Positions 9,843 through 21,600 of a stretch of 64,000 nucleotides of DNA are shown in pieces. The notes beneath the pieces are model-generated. The model worked only from the letters and a program-made list of their open reading frames with translations, made no database searches and had not been told where the DNA came from. Numbering within the stretch: the stretch's first letter is position 1; each line of letters begins with the position of its first letter. The translations under genes were made by a program, and so were the position numbers. The stretch covers positions 42,511-106,510 of the forward strand of contig CAMMHE010000001.1 in the NCBI GenBank assembly GCA_946496575.1, written 5' to 3'. This DNA is from an uncultured Clostridium sp. (GTDB lineage: Bacteria > Bacillota > Clostridia > TANB77 > CAG-508).

Positions 9843-12800
9843 ATGTATTTAAAACAATTAGAATTACAGGGATTTAAATCATTCGCAGATAAAACAACAT
9901 TAGAACTTATGCCAGGAATAACAAGTGTAATAGGACCTAATGGTTCAGGTAAAAGTAATATAGCAGATAGTATAAGATGGGTACTAGGAGAGCAAAGTAT
10001 AAAATCTTTAAGAGGGTCTAAATCATTAGATATAATTTTCGCTGGAACTGAAAACAGGAAATCTCTAGGTTTTGCAGAAGCATCTCTTATATTTGATAAC
10101 ACAGATGGAACTTTACCTATAGAATATAGTGAAGTTGCTGTAACAAGAAAAATATATAGAAGTGGAGAAACAGGATATTATATAAATAAAACCCCATGCA
10201 GATTAAAAGACGTATTGGAATTATTTATGGATACAGGAATAGGCAAGGATGGATATTCAATAATAGGACAAGGTAAAATTGATGAAATATTAAGTAATAA
10301 ATCAGAAGATAGAAGACACATATTTGAAGAAGCCGCAGGGATAGTAAAATATAAGACAAGAAAAGAAGAAACCGAAAAAAAATTGGAACAAACAAAATTA
10401 AATCTTCTTAGAATAAATGATATATTAACTGAAATAGAACAAAATCTAGAACCATTAAAAACTCAATCAGATAAAGCAAAGAGATTTTTAAACTTAAAGC
10501 AAGAATTAAAAGAAATAGAAATAGGTTTATTTTTATATAATATTGATAAATGTAAACAGGGATTGCAACAAATTGTAGATGATGAAGATATAATGAAATC
10601 AACACTAAACAAAGAAGAAGGAAAATTAGAAAAAATAAATTTATCAAAAGAAGAGTTAAAAGAGCAAATAGATACAATAACATTAAATATTGAAAAAACA
10701 CAAAATATAGGATTTGAAGGAAAACAGGAAATTGAAAAACTAAATTCAGAAATAAATATAGCAAAAACCAAAATACAAAATAATATTGAAAATATATTAA
10801 GATTTAAAAAAGACATCGAAGAAAATGAAATTAGAATAAGAGATTTAGAAGAAGAAAAAGAGCAAAAGAAACAAAAGAAAAATAGTTTAAAAGAAAATAA
10901 ACAAAAGTTTGAAAAAGAGTTAAATGAAAAAGAAGAACAATTAAAACAAATAACAGAAAAATTATCAAAAAAAGAATTAGAAATAGAAGAAAAGAAAAGG
11001 ATAGTAGAGCAAAATACAGAATACAAATATGAAATTCAAAGCGAAATAAACACTTTAAATGCAAGCAAAGAAAATTTAGAGAAACGTAAAAACCAGTTAA
11101 ATCAAGAAATATTATCAAATATATCTGAATTAGATAATAGTAGATTTAAAAAAGAAGAAATATCAAAACAATTTCAAAATATACAATCTCAAAGAAACAA
11201 AATATTATCAGATTTAGAAAATATATCAACAAAAAAAGAAGAAAATGAAAAAAAATTAAAAGAATTTGAAACAAACATAAATAATATTTCAAGCGAAATG
11301 AGAATAAAAGAATCAAGACAAAAATTTCTAATAGAAACAGAAAAAGAAAAAGAAGGATATATAAAAAGTGTAAAAGATTTATTAAAGGCTTGTGAAAAAA
11401 TAAAAGAGCTTGGAAAAGGTATGCATGGTGTACTTGCAAACATAATAACAGTACCTGATAAATATGAAAAATCCATTGAAATGGGTTTAGGAGCAAGTTT
11501 GCAAAACATAGTTACTGATACAGAGCAAGAAGCGAAAAAACTGATAGAATATTTAAGAGAAAATAATTTAGGAAGAGCATCTTTTTTACCATTAACATCA
11601 ATAAAAGGTAAAAAATTAGAAAAAATAAAAAGCAATGAGAAAGGTATACTTGGAATAGCATCTGATTTGATAGAATACGATAAAAAATATGAACAAATAG
11701 TTTTAAATTTACTAGGAAGAACAGTTATAGTTGATACAATGCAAACAGCTATATCAGTTGCAAAAACAGAAGGGTATTCATATAGAATTATAACTCTTGA
11801 TGGAGATATAATAAACCCATCAGGATTAATGACAGGAGGATCTGTTACAAAAAAAACTGTAAGTATTTTAGGTCGTAACAGAGAAATAGAAAAATTAGAA
11901 AAAGAAATAAAACAAATTAGTCAAAAACTAAATCATATTGAACAAGAGAGGAAAGACTATATATTAGCAAATCAAAGCATAATAGAACAAGTTCAATTAT
12001 TTGAAAAAAATCTGCAAGAAATACAAATTACATATGCTGCGGAAAAACAGAAATTAATTTCTATAGATGAGAATATAGAAAAATTCTCGTTAACTTTAAA
12101 AAAGCATAGAGAAGAAATTAAAGATATAGAAGAGCAAATTTTAAAAATATTAAAAGATAAAGAACAAAAAGAAAAAGAAATTAAAAAAGTATCAGAACAA
12201 AATACAAATTTGACTCAAGAAATAAATGAATATACAAATTCAAATAAAGATAATCAAAAATATATAGATGATTTAAATTTAGATATAACCAATTTAAAAA
12301 TTTCAGTAAATTCATTTGATGAAAGTGAAATTTCAATAAACGAATTAGAAGAAAGAATAAATCAGGATATACTAAAAACAGAAAAAATTATAGCAAACAA
12401 AGGACTTCAAATTGAAGAACTACAAGCAGATGAAAACATGTTAAAACAATTAATTGAAGAATCATACATTAGAGTACAAAAAATAAAAGAACAAGTTCAA
12501 AATAGTGCAGAAGTCATTGAAAATTTGAAAAATGAAAGGATAGAAAAAAATAACAGATTTTCACAAAAAGAACAAGAACAGATAGAACAACACAAATTAA
12601 TTGAAGACTTAAAATCTCAAACTGTAAAAATCGAAATAAAAAAGACAAAAATAGAAGAAGATCTAAACAGTATAATAAACAAAATGTGGGATGAATATGA
12701 ATTAACTCCAAATTCAGTACAAGAATATGTAAAGCCCGAAAATATAGCAAATACACAAAAAAAAGTAAATAACTTGAGAGCGGATATACGCGATTTAGGA

Positions 12801-13391
12801 AGCGTCAATATAGATGCAATAGATGAATATATAAATTTGAAAAATAGATATGATTTTATGTGTGAACAACGTTTAGATTTAGATGATACAATATCAAAAT
12901 TAAGAAATGTAATTTCAGAAATGACAAAAATAATGAAAGAACAATTTAAAACAAAATTTGAGTTGATAAACAAAAACTTTAAAGAAGTATTTAGTGAATT
13001 ATTTGGTGGAGGAAAAGCAGAAATAACACTTACAGATGAAAATGATTTGCTTAATTGCGGAATAGATATAACAGTTCAGCCACCAGGAAAAAAATTACAA
13101 AATATGATGTTATTATCTGGTGGAGAAAAAGCATTTACAGCAATAGCATTGCTATTTGCAATACTAAAAATAAACCCAGCACCATTTTGTGTTTTGGATG
13201 AAATTGAAGCAGCACTTGATGATGTAAATGTTTATAGATATGCCGAATATCTAAAGAAATTCTCAAATGATACACAATTTTTAATAATTACACATAGGAA
13301 AGGAACTATGGAAGTAGCCGATACAGTTTATGGAGTTACAATGGAAGAAAAAGGAATATCTAAATTATTATCGATAAAATTAAAAAGATGA
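9843..13391 (+). CDS. smc: chromosome segregation protein SMC
   Basis: 1182 aa; N-terminal Walker A (GPNGSGKSN), long coiled coils, hinge, C-terminal signature LSGGEKAFTAIALLFA and Walker B VLDEIEAALD. Confidence 0.9.
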   Translation: MYLKQLELQGFKSFADKTTLELMPGITSVIGPNGSGKSNIADSIRWVLGEQSIKSLRGSKSLDIIFAGTENRKSLGFAEASLIFDNTDGTLPIEYSEVAVTRKIYRSGETGYYINKTPCRLKDVLELFMDTGIGKDGYSIIGQGKIDEILSNKSEDRRHIFEEAAGIVKYKTRKEETEKKLEQTKLNLLRINDILTEIEQNLEPLKTQSDKAKRFLNLKQELKEIEIGLFLYNIDKCKQGLQQIVDDEDIMKSTLNKEEGKLEKINLSKEELKEQIDTITLNIEKTQNIGFEGKQEIEKLNSEINIAKTKIQNNIENILRFKKDIEENEIRIRDLEEEKEQKKQKKNSLKENKQKFEKELNEKEEQLKQITEKLSKKELEIEEKKRIVEQNTEYKYEIQSEINTLNASKENLEKRKNQLNQEILSNISELDNSRFKKEEISKQFQNIQSQRNKILSDLENISTKKEENEKKLKEFETNINNISSEMRIKESRQKFLIETEKEKEGYIKSVKDLLKACEKIKELGKGMHGVLANIITVPDKYEKSIEMGLGASLQNIVTDTEQEAKKLIEYLRENNLGRASFLPLTSIKGKKLEKIKSNEKGILGIASDLIEYDKKYEQIVLNLLGRTVIVDTMQTAISVAKTEGYSYRIITLDGDIINPSGLMTGGSVTKKTVSILGRNREIEKLEKEIKQISQKLNHIEQERKDYILANQSIIEQVQLFEKNLQEIQITYAAEKQKLISIDENIEKFSLTLKKHREEIKDIEEQILKILKDKEQKEKEIKKVSEQNTNLTQEINEYTNSNKDNQKYIDDLNLDITNLKISVNSFDESEISINELEERINQDILKTEKIIANKGLQIEELQADENMLKQLIEESYIRVQKIKEQVQNSAEVIENLKNERIEKNNRFSQKEQEQIEQHKLIEDLKSQTVKIEIKKTKIEEDLNSIINKMWDEYELTPNSVQEYVKPENIANTQKKVNNLRADIRDLGSVNIDAIDEYINLKNRYDFMCEQRLDLDDTISKLRNVISEMTKIMKEQFKTKFELINKNFKEVFSELFGGGKAEITLTDENDLLNCGIDITVQPPGKKLQNMMLLSGGEKAFTAIALLFAILKINPAPFCVLDEIEAALDDVNVYRYAEYLKKFSNDTQFLIITHRKGTMEVADTVYGVTMEEKGISKLLSIKLKR

Positions 13392-13452
13392 GAAAGTTAT
13401 AGAATTTTATTATAAATTTGCTAACTAGTCAGTCGTAGTCAAAGTTTTTATC

Positions 13453-13488
13453 AAAAAAGTCCACTTTTTTAATAAAGTGGACTTTTAA
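13453..13488. terminator. bidirectional terminator between smc (+) and htpX (-)
   Basis: AAAAGTCCAC TTTTTTAATAA GTGGACTTTT; A/T runs on both sides. Confidence 0.55.
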
Positions 13489-13496
13489 TGTTTGAA

Positions 13497-14402
13497 TTAT
13501 TCTAGATTTCTCAAAGCAGCAATTCTATCAGCAGTACTAGGATGAGTAGACCATATAGAAGAACTTTTTCTTTTAGAATTAGTAGCATTTTTTCTAAAAG
13601 GATTTACAATATACATATGAGCAGTACTGTTATTAGCAGTTTCAAGCTCATTAGGATCAGAATCTAATTTTTGAAGTGCAGAAATTAAACCATCAGGATT
13701 TCTAGTAAATTCAACAGCTGTAGCATCTGCTAAAAATTCTCTTTTTCTTGAGACAGCAAGTTGCATAAGTTTACCAAAAATAGGAGATAAAATTAAAAAT
13801 ATCAATCCAATAAGCATTAAAATTGCATTTCCATTTTTAGAATCATCATTTCTACTTCGCATACCACCCCAAAATAGAGCTCTAGAGAAAATATCTGAAA
13901 GCATAACAACAAAACCTACCATAACAGTAACTATAGCAGAAAGACGAATATCATAATTTTTTATATGACTCATTTCATGAGCAATTACACCCTCAAGTTC
14001 ATAATAATCTAATCTATTAAGTAATGCAGTAGTAACACAAATTATAGAATGTTCAGGATCTCTTCCAGTAGCAAATGCATTTGGTTGAGAGTCTTCTACT
14101 ACATAAAGTTTAGGTCGATGTTCTAATCCAGATGAAACCATTAAAGAATCTAAAATATTAACCAATTTTAAATTTTCATCTTTAGTAGCAGGTCTAGCCT
14201 TATTAAGACTCAAGATAATTTTATCACTATAATAATATGAAGCCCAAGCAGAAATAATAGAAAATGTTAAAGCAAAAATTATAGCAAAATATCCAAAATC
14301 TAAAGCCATAAAAATATAATATAAAATTAATGAAATTGCTAAAATAAAACCTAATACAATTGCAATAGATTCTATTTTATTTTTTCTAATAACTTCGAAC
14401 AT
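13497..14402 (-). CDS. htpX: M48-family zinc metalloprotease HtpX
   Basis: HEMSHIKNYD (HExxH) motif; N-terminal TM helices; ~300 aa. Confidence 0.8.
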   Translation of the reverse strand: MFEVIRKNKIESIAIVLGFILAISLILYYIFMALDFGYFAIIFALTFSIISAWASYYYSDKIILSLNKARPATKDENLKLVNILDSLMVSSGLEHRPKLYVVEDSQPNAFATGRDPEHSIICVTTALLNRLDYYELEGVIAHEMSHIKNYDIRLSAIVTVMVGFVVMLSDIFSRALFWGGMRSRNDDSKNGNAILMLIGLIFLILSPIFGKLMQLAVSRKREFLADATAVEFTRNPDGLISALQKLDSDPNELETANNSTAHMYIVNPFRKNATNSKRKSSSIWSTHPSTADRIAALRNLE

Positions 14403-14508
14403 AAAATCACCTCTATTTTAACGATTGATTTGTTTTAAGAAAAAGGGAGCAAGAAAGCCTGCCCCCAATCTTATTTTAAATTGTTAAACATATAACAACA
14501 AGTAAGAT

Positions 14509-15066
14509 TTATTTACTAAAATCTACTTTTACATTCTTTCTAGCTTCTTCATTTTCAGCATTAAATAGCTCATGAGGTTTAAAATTAAACATATTAGCAA
14601 TAATATTGCTAGGGAATAATTCTAATTTTGTGTTATATTTTGTAACTGTATCATTATAAAATTGTCTAGAAAAAGAAATTTTATTTTCAGTATTACGTAA
14701 TTCTTCTGATAAATCTGCAAAATTCTGATTTGCTTTAAGATCAGGATAATTTTCAGAAACTGCCATAATAGTTTTTAGAGCTCCAGATAATTGATTATCA
14801 ATATTAGCTTTGTCTGTAATTGATTGAGTATTTGCCCATGAAGTTCTAAGTTTAGCTATTTTTTCAAAAGTTTCAGATTCATGAGTCATATATCCTTTGA
14901 CAGTCTCAACAAAATTAGGAATTAAATCAAACCTTCTTTGAAGTTGAACATCTATCTGACTCCATGCATTTTCTACTCTATTTTCAATGGTTTTAAAACT
15001 ATTATAAATTGAAATAGCATATATAATAACTAATATAACAATAGCAAGAATAATCCAACCTATCAT
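14509..15066 (-). CDS. lemA: LemA-family membrane protein
   Basis: N-terminal TM then the LemA-conserved NSFKTIENRVENAWSQIDVQLQRRFDLIPN... region. Confidence 0.8.
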   Translation of the reverse strand: MIGWIILAIVILVIIYAISIYNSFKTIENRVENAWSQIDVQLQRRFDLIPNFVETVKGYMTHESETFEKIAKLRTSWANTQSITDKANIDNQLSGALKTIMAVSENYPDLKANQNFADLSEELRNTENKISFSRQFYNDTVTKYNTKLELFPSNIIANMFNFKPHELFNAENEEARKNVKVDFSK

Positions 15067-15234
15067 AAAAATACCTCCTTTATATATATAAATTACTTAT
15101 AGATGTATAATATCACAAAAATATATAATATGCAAATAAAATACAAAAAAATTCTTTAACATAAAAAAGTACAAGCCGCATATAATATATTATATACCAA
15201 CATTTATAAAATAAAAAGTAAAAAAATTACAAAT

Positions 15235-15263
15235 TTGACAAAGAAATAAAAAGATAGTATAAT
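15235..15263 (+). promoter_or_regulatory. consensus sigma-A promoter
   Basis: TTGACA(15235-15240)-17-TATAAT(15258-15263), immediately upstream of 15287. Confidence 0.5.
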
Positions 15264-15286
15264 AACTTTGTTGTTAAAGGAGGAAA

Positions 15287-16219
15287 ATGATTTTTATGAA
15301 GAAAAAATGCAAACCATCTATTTCTATAATGAAAATCATCAGTGTAAGTATAATACTTTTAATACTTTCAGGAGTAGGAGTCATAGCAATGGCAACTCAA
15401 ATGAATACTATAACAATAACTTTAGCAAGTGGATATGAATTAACAGTATTAACAAATAAGGCAAATGTATCAGAAATATTAGAAGAAAATAATATAGTTT
15501 TAGATGCGAACGAGAAAACAACTCCAAATTTAGATGAAAAAATCACTTCAGAAAAAACAATCATAATATCTGATAAATCAATACAAGAGATACAAGTAGC
15601 AAAAGTATCTGAAAATGGTATAGAAACTACTTTAGAAGAGATTTTAGATAATTATTCACCAATAACAGAAAAGATTGTTACAGAAGAAGTTCCAATACCA
15701 TTTGAAACTATAACAAAAGATGTTTCAAATAGTAGTGAAAATACTAAAAATAAGGTAATTAGACAAGGTGAAGAAGGAATCAAACAAATAACTTATAAAA
15801 TAAAATATAAAAATAATGAAGAATTAGAAAGAACAATATTATCAGAAAATATAATCAAAGAACCTATAGATAAAATAGTTCAGGTTCAGTCAAATATAAC
15901 ATCTAGATCTTCAGCATCATCAAGGAATTCATCAGGAACTACAATATTTAAAGTAACTGCATATTGTCCATGTGCAAAATGTTGCGGAAAGTTTGCATCA
16001 GGATATACTGCATCCGGAACAAAAGCAACGCCAGGAAGAACAGTAGCAGCATCATCACAATTTGCATTTGGAACAAAATTATTAATAAATGGAACTACAT
16101 ATACAGTAGAAGATAGAGGAGGAGCAATTACAGGAAATAAAATAGATATATATTGTAGTACACATGCAGAGGCTTTAGCTTGGGGAATAAAATACCTACC
16201 AGTTCAAGTGGTAAAATAA
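15287..16219 (+). CDS. secreted/cell-wall G5 + 3D-domain protein (YabE/YocH-like)
   Basis: N-terminal signal/TM; C-terminal 3D domain KVTAYCPCAKCCGKFASGYTASGTKA...VEDRGGAITGNKIDIY. Confidence 0.65.
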   Translation: MIFMKKKCKPSISIMKIISVSIILLILSGVGVIAMATQMNTITITLASGYELTVLTNKANVSEILEENNIVLDANEKTTPNLDEKITSEKTIIISDKSIQEIQVAKVSENGIETTLEEILDNYSPITEKIVTEEVPIPFETITKDVSNSSENTKNKVIRQGEEGIKQITYKIKYKNNEELERTILSENIIKEPIDKIVQVQSNITSRSSASSRNSSGTTIFKVTAYCPCAKCCGKFASGYTASGTKATPGRTVAASSQFAFGTKLLINGTTYTVEDRGGAITGNKIDIYCSTHAEALAWGIKYLPVQVVK

Positions 16220-16221
16220 TA

Positions 16222-16268
16222 ATTAAAATAGACAATTTAAAATTATAATTTTAAATTGTCTATTTTAA
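16222..16268 (+). terminator. rho-independent terminator (19-bp palindromic stem)
   Basis: AAAATAGACAATTTAAAAT TATAA TTTTAAATTGTCTATTTT. Confidence 0.55.
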
Positions 16269-16300
16269 TATATAAAAGGTAAATATAATAATCTGTGTAC

Positions 16301-16329
16301 TTGTTTCCACAATATAAATATGTTATAAT
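16301..16329 (+). promoter_or_regulatory. sigma-A promoter for exoA
   Basis: TTGTTT-17-TGtTATAAT (extended -10). Confidence 0.45.
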
Positions 16330-16357
16330 GCTCTGGAAAGAAGGATGGAGAGAAAAA

Positions 16358-17113
16358 ATGAAATTAATATCATGGAATGTTAATGGAATAAGAGCATGTG
16401 TAAATAAAGGATTTATAGACTTTTTTAAAAAAATTAATGCAGATATATTTTGTATTCAAGAAACAAAATGCCAAAAAGAACAAATAGATTTAAATTTTCA
16501 AGAATACTTTAGTTATTGGAATAGTGCTGAAAAAAAAGGCTATTCAGGAACAGCAATTTTTACAAAGAAAAAACCAATAGAAGTAACTTATGGAATAGGA
16601 ATAGAAGAACATGATAAAGAAGGGAGAATTATAACATTAGAGTATGACAACTTTTTCTTAGTAAATAATTATACACCAAATGCAAAAAGAGAGCTTGAAA
16701 GATTGTCATATAGAATGATATGGGAAGATGAAATACGACAATATCTATTAAAACTTAATAAAGAAAAACCAGTAATAATGTGTGGAGATTTAAATGTAGC
16801 ACATCAAGAGATAGATCTGAAAAACCCAAAGCAAAATAGAGGAAATGCAGGATTTACTGATGAAGAAAGAGAGAAAATGACAGAACTTTTGCAATCAGGC
16901 TTTACAGACACATTTAGATACTTATATCCAACTAAACAAAATGAATATAGCTGGTGGTCATATATGAGACAATCACGTGAAAAAAATATTGGATGGAGAA
17001 TAGACTACTTTATAGTATCAAAAAAGATTGAAACAAAAATAGACGAAGCTAAAATACATCAGGAAGTATTAGGAAGTGATCATTGTCCAGTTGAACTAGA
17101 TATTGAAATATAA
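16358..17113 (+). CDS. exoA: exodeoxyribonuclease III (Xth/ExoA family AP endonuclease); start at the internal ATG 16358
   Basis: MKLISWNVNGIRA...FCIQETK...GDLNVAH...SDHCPV motifs; RBS AGGATGGAGAG; ORF-track start 16295 is an upstream extension. Confidence 0.85.
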   Translation: MKLISWNVNGIRACVNKGFIDFFKKINADIFCIQETKCQKEQIDLNFQEYFSYWNSAEKKGYSGTAIFTKKKPIEVTYGIGIEEHDKEGRIITLEYDNFFLVNNYTPNAKRELERLSYRMIWEDEIRQYLLKLNKEKPVIMCGDLNVAHQEIDLKNPKQNRGNAGFTDEEREKMTELLQSGFTDTFRYLYPTKQNEYSWWSYMRQSREKNIGWRIDYFIVSKKIETKIDEAKIHQEVLGSDHCPVELDIEI

Positions 17114-17141
17114 TGAATTTAAGAAAGGAAAATATAAAAAA

Positions 17142-18317
17142 ATGAAAGAAGTAAAAAATAATATAACAAAATGGATGTATTGGTTTTTATTTGCCATAAG
17201 TGTAATTGCTATTTATAAATTATTAGATAATTTCGCAATAATAACATCAGCAATAGGTGAGTTTATTAACATAATAGCACCATTTTTAGGAGGTCTTCTA
17301 ATAGCATATATTTTATACATACCAGCATCACGAATTGAAAAAGTTTTAAGAAAATCTAAAAATAGATTGATAAAAAATAATGCAAGAAAACTAGGAGCAT
17401 TTATTGCATATATAATAGCAATAATAATAATAATTGTAATATTAAATTTAATATTACCAACAGTAATTACAAGTATAGTAGAATTAGTAAATAATTTTCA
17501 AGGATATTATCAAACATTATTAGATGAAATAGCAAAACTTCCTGAAGATTCAATTTGGAAAAGCGAGCAAATTAAAAGTATATTATCATCAATTCAAAAT
17601 ATAGATTTATCTAAAATAATAAATATAGATACAATAATGCAATATGCAAAAGGAGCAATAAGTTTAGCAACTGGAGTATTTGATATATTTGTAATGGTTA
17701 TAGTTTCTATATATGCTTTATTAGAAAGAGGCAAAATATTAAGTTTCGCAAGAAAGCTAATTTCAGCAATTTTTGATGAAGAAATTTGCCAAAAAGTCGG
17801 AAAATATTTTAATGATTCAAATAAAATATTCTATAAGTTCTTATCTAGTCAAATTATAGATGCAATAATTGTAGGAATTATAACTACAATAATGATGTCG
17901 ATTTTAAAAGTAAGATATGCTGTACTATTAGGATTTATCATAGGATTATTCAACATAATACCATATTTTGGAGCAATTGTTGCAGTGGCAATATCAATAT
18001 TAATAACATTAATAACGGGTGGATTTACACAAGCCATCTGGATGGCTATTTCAGTAATAATATTACAACAAATTGATGCTAATATAATAAATCCTAAAAT
18101 AGTGGGAAATTCGTTAGAAATTAGTCCATTATTAATAATATTTTCAGTAACTGTAGGTGGAGCATATTTTGGAGTGATAGGAATGTTTTTAGCAGTTCCT
18201 GTTGCAACAGTATTAAAAATAGTTATTGATGACTATATTCAATTTAAAAATAAAAGAAAAATGTTAGGTTTAAACAATAAAACTAAATTTGATGTTGACA
18301 ACCAATTTAAAATATGA
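17142..18317 (+). CDS. AI-2E family transporter (PerM/YdiK-like permease)
   Basis: ~390 aa polytopic membrane protein with the AI-2E pattern (…GGLLIAYILYIP…, C-terminal GNSLEISPLLIIFSV…FLAVPVA). Confidence 0.7.
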   Translation: MKEVKNNITKWMYWFLFAISVIAIYKLLDNFAIITSAIGEFINIIAPFLGGLLIAYILYIPASRIEKVLRKSKNRLIKNNARKLGAFIAYIIAIIIIIVILNLILPTVITSIVELVNNFQGYYQTLLDEIAKLPEDSIWKSEQIKSILSSIQNIDLSKIINIDTIMQYAKGAISLATGVFDIFVMVIVSIYALLERGKILSFARKLISAIFDEEICQKVGKYFNDSNKIFYKFLSSQIIDAIIVGIITTIMMSILKVRYAVLLGFIIGLFNIIPYFGAIVAVAISILITLITGGFTQAIWMAISVIILQQIDANIINPKIVGNSLEISPLLIIFSVTVGGAYFGVIGMFLAVPVATVLKIVIDDYIQFKNKRKMLGLNNKTKFDVDNQFKI

Positions 18318-18435
18318 TAATATATTGTATATTTTATGCAAACGATAACCTAATCATAAATTTAAATAATGATAAAAGGTGATTAAAATAAAAAATAAAA
18401 AAATGAAGAATTCAAAAAAATAAATATAAAAAATC

Positions 18436-18478
18436 TAGTTGGCAAAAACAATTAATATTGCCAACAGGTTTTTTATTG
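18436..18478 (+). terminator. hairpin terminator between the AI-2E gene and the rpoB leader
   Basis: GTTGGCAAAAACAATTAATATTGCCAAC followed by TTTTTT. Confidence 0.4.
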
Positions 18479-18645
18479 TCATTTTTAAATTATGTTTTCA
18501 AACTAAAAAATTGAGGAATTATGCATATCCGTAAATTTTAAAAGACAAATTGTAAGAGCAGACAATTTGAAACCTAAAATTAAAAATATGTATAAGAAGA
18601 ACTTTTTTTAGTATATAGATTTTTTCTGCTTAATATTTTTTAGGG

Positions 18646-21600
18646 GTGATTATTTTGGTAAAAGAAATAAAATACGAGAAAGCTTCACGTATGGATTTTT
18701 CAAAAGTTGGCGATTATATCGAAATGCCAAATCTTATCAAAGTTCAAAGAGATTCTTATAATTGGTTTGTAGAAGAGGGGCTAGGAGAAGTATTAAAAGA
18801 TATTTCACCAATAGTTGATTATTCAGGAAATTTAGTTTTAGAATTTTTTGATTACTATATGGAAGATAAAACAAAATACACATTAGAAGAAGCAAAAGAG
18901 AGAGATGCAACATATTCAACAAGATTACATGTAAAAGTAAGATTAATCAACCGTGAAACAGGAGAAATTAAAGAACAAGAAATTTATCTAGGTGACTTTC
19001 CACTGATGACAGAAACAGGAACATTTATAATAAATGGAGCTGAAAGAGTTGTAGTAAGTCAGCTAGTACGTTCACCTGGATGTTATTATGCAGAAGAATT
19101 TGATACAAAAACAGGTAGAAAAACTTATACATCAACAATTATGCCTTTAAGAGGAGCATGGCTAGAATATGAAACAGATGGTAATGACATTTTTTATGTG
19201 CGTGTAGATAGGACAAGGAAAATACCTGTAACAACACTATTAAGAGCAATTGGACTAGTAACAGATGATCAAATCAGATCATTATTTGGCGAAGAAGCAA
19301 TGATTGAAGCTACTATACAAAAAGATCCAATAAAAACAGGGGAAGAAGCATTGATAGAAATCTATAAAAAATTAAGACCAGGAGAACTTCCAACAGTTGA
19401 TGCTGCTAGAAGCCTATTTAATGGATTGTTTTTTGATAATAGAAGATATGATTTAGCAAAAGTAGGAAGATTTAAGTTTAACCAAAAATTAAGTTTATCA
19501 GAAAGAATAAAAAATCAAATATCTGCAAACACAATAATAGACAAAGAAACTGGAGAAGTGTTTGTAAATGAAGGAGAAGTCATTTCAGAAGAAATAGCAG
19601 AGGCTATACAAAATTCTGGAATAAATATTGTAGATATTAAACATACAGAAAAAACAATAAGAATAATAGGAAATGGAACAGTTAATATTCATAAAGTATT
19701 ACCAAATGTTGATTTAAGTACTTTACATTTCAAAGAAAATGTAAATTATGAAGTATTAAAGAATATCATTGACAATACAGAAGAATCACAAATAATTGCA
19801 ACATTAAAACAAAGATATGATGAATTAATACCAAAAACAATAACAACAGAAGATATAATTGCATCTATCAACTATCTACTAAATTTATCACATGGGTTAA
19901 ATAAACCTGATGATATAGATCATTTAGCAAACCGTAGAATAAGATGTGTTGGCGAATTATTACAAAATCAATTTAGAATTGGATTAACAAGGTTAGAAAG
20001 AGTAGTACGTGAGAGAATGACAATTCAAGACCTAGATGTAGTAACACCACAAACATTGATTAACACAAAACCAATAACATCAGCAATAAAAGAATTTTTC
20101 GGAAGCTCACAACTTTCACAATTTATGGATCAAACTAATCCATTATCTGAATTAACAAATAAAAGAAGAATATCTGCTTTAGGACCGGGAGGTCTTTCAA
20201 GAGAAAGAGCAGGATTTGAAGTACGTGATGTACATTATACTCATTATGGAAGATTATGTCCTGTAGAATCACCAGAAGGGCCAAATATTGGACTAATTTC
20301 TGCATTATCTTCATTTGCTAGTATAAATGAATATGGATTTATAGAAACACCATATAGAAAAGTAGATACAAAAACTCATAAAATTACAGATATAGTAGAA
20401 TATATGAGTGCTGATAAAGAAGATAAATATTTAATAGCTCAAGCCACAGAACCAATGAATCCAGATGGAACATTTGTACATGATAGAGTTAGAGTAAGAT
20501 ATCAAAATGAAATACTAGAAGTAGAAAAAGACATGGTTCAATATATTGATGTGTCACCAAAACAATTAGTATCAATAGCAGCAGCAATGATACCATTTCT
20601 AGAACATGATGACTCAAAACGTGCACTTATGGGTGCAAACATGCAACGTCAAGCAGTTCCATTAATGATTACAGAATCTCCAATTGTAGGAACAGGAATA
20701 GAATATAGAGCAGCAAAAGATTCAGGAATATTAATATTAGCAGAAGATGATGGAGTAGTACAAAAAGTTACAGGAGACTCAATTACAGTAAAATATAAAA
20801 ATGGAAAAACAGTAGTACATAAATTACGCAAATTTAAAAGAACAAACGGTGGAACATGTATTAATCAAAAACCAATTGTAGTAAAAGGTGAAAAAGTACA
20901 TAAGGGAGATGCTATAGCAGATGGACCATCTACACAAAATGGTGAAATGGCATTAGGAAAAAATGTGCTTATTGCATTTACTACATGGGAAGGGTATAAC
21001 TACGAAGATGCTGTATTAATAAGTGAAAGACTAGTAAAAGAAGATGTATATACATCAATACATATTGAAGAATATGATTGTGAATGTCGTGACACAAAAT
21101 TAGGTGCAGAAGAGATAACACGTGATATACCAAATGTTGGTGATGATGTATTAAAAGATTTAGACGAAAATGGAATAATAAGAATTGGTGCAGAAGTTAG
21201 ACCAGGAGATATATTGGTAGGAAAGGTAACTCCAAAAGGTGAAACAGAATTAACAGCTGAAGAAAGATTATTACGTGCTATATTTGGAGAAAAAGCAAGA
21301 GAAGTTAGAGACACATCTTTAAGAGTACCACATGGAGAAGCAGGAACAGTAGTAGATATTAAGATATTTACAAGAGATAATTCAGAAGAATTAGCACCAG
21401 GGGTAAATCAAGTTATTAGATGTTATATTGCAACAAAAAGAAAAATATCAGTTGGAGATAAAATGGCAGGACGTCATGGAAATAAAGGTGTAATATCAAG
21501 AATTTTACCTGTAGAGGATATGCCATTTTTACCTGACGGAACTCCTGTAGATATATTACTTAATCCATTAGGTGTACCATCACGTATGAATTTAGGTCAG

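Noticed and set aside
10408-11635. Several 95-187-aa minus-strand ORFs inside smc (and similar ones inside mfd, rpoB, rpoC and topB)
   Set aside because: They are antisense to strongly supported long genes, made of low-complexity F/L/I/S-rich sequence typical of AT-rich DNA, and have no RBS.
10300-12700. Apparent internal repetitiveness in smc (K/E/L-rich periodicity)
   Set aside because: This is the expected coiled-coil heptad composition, not a DNA-level repeat.
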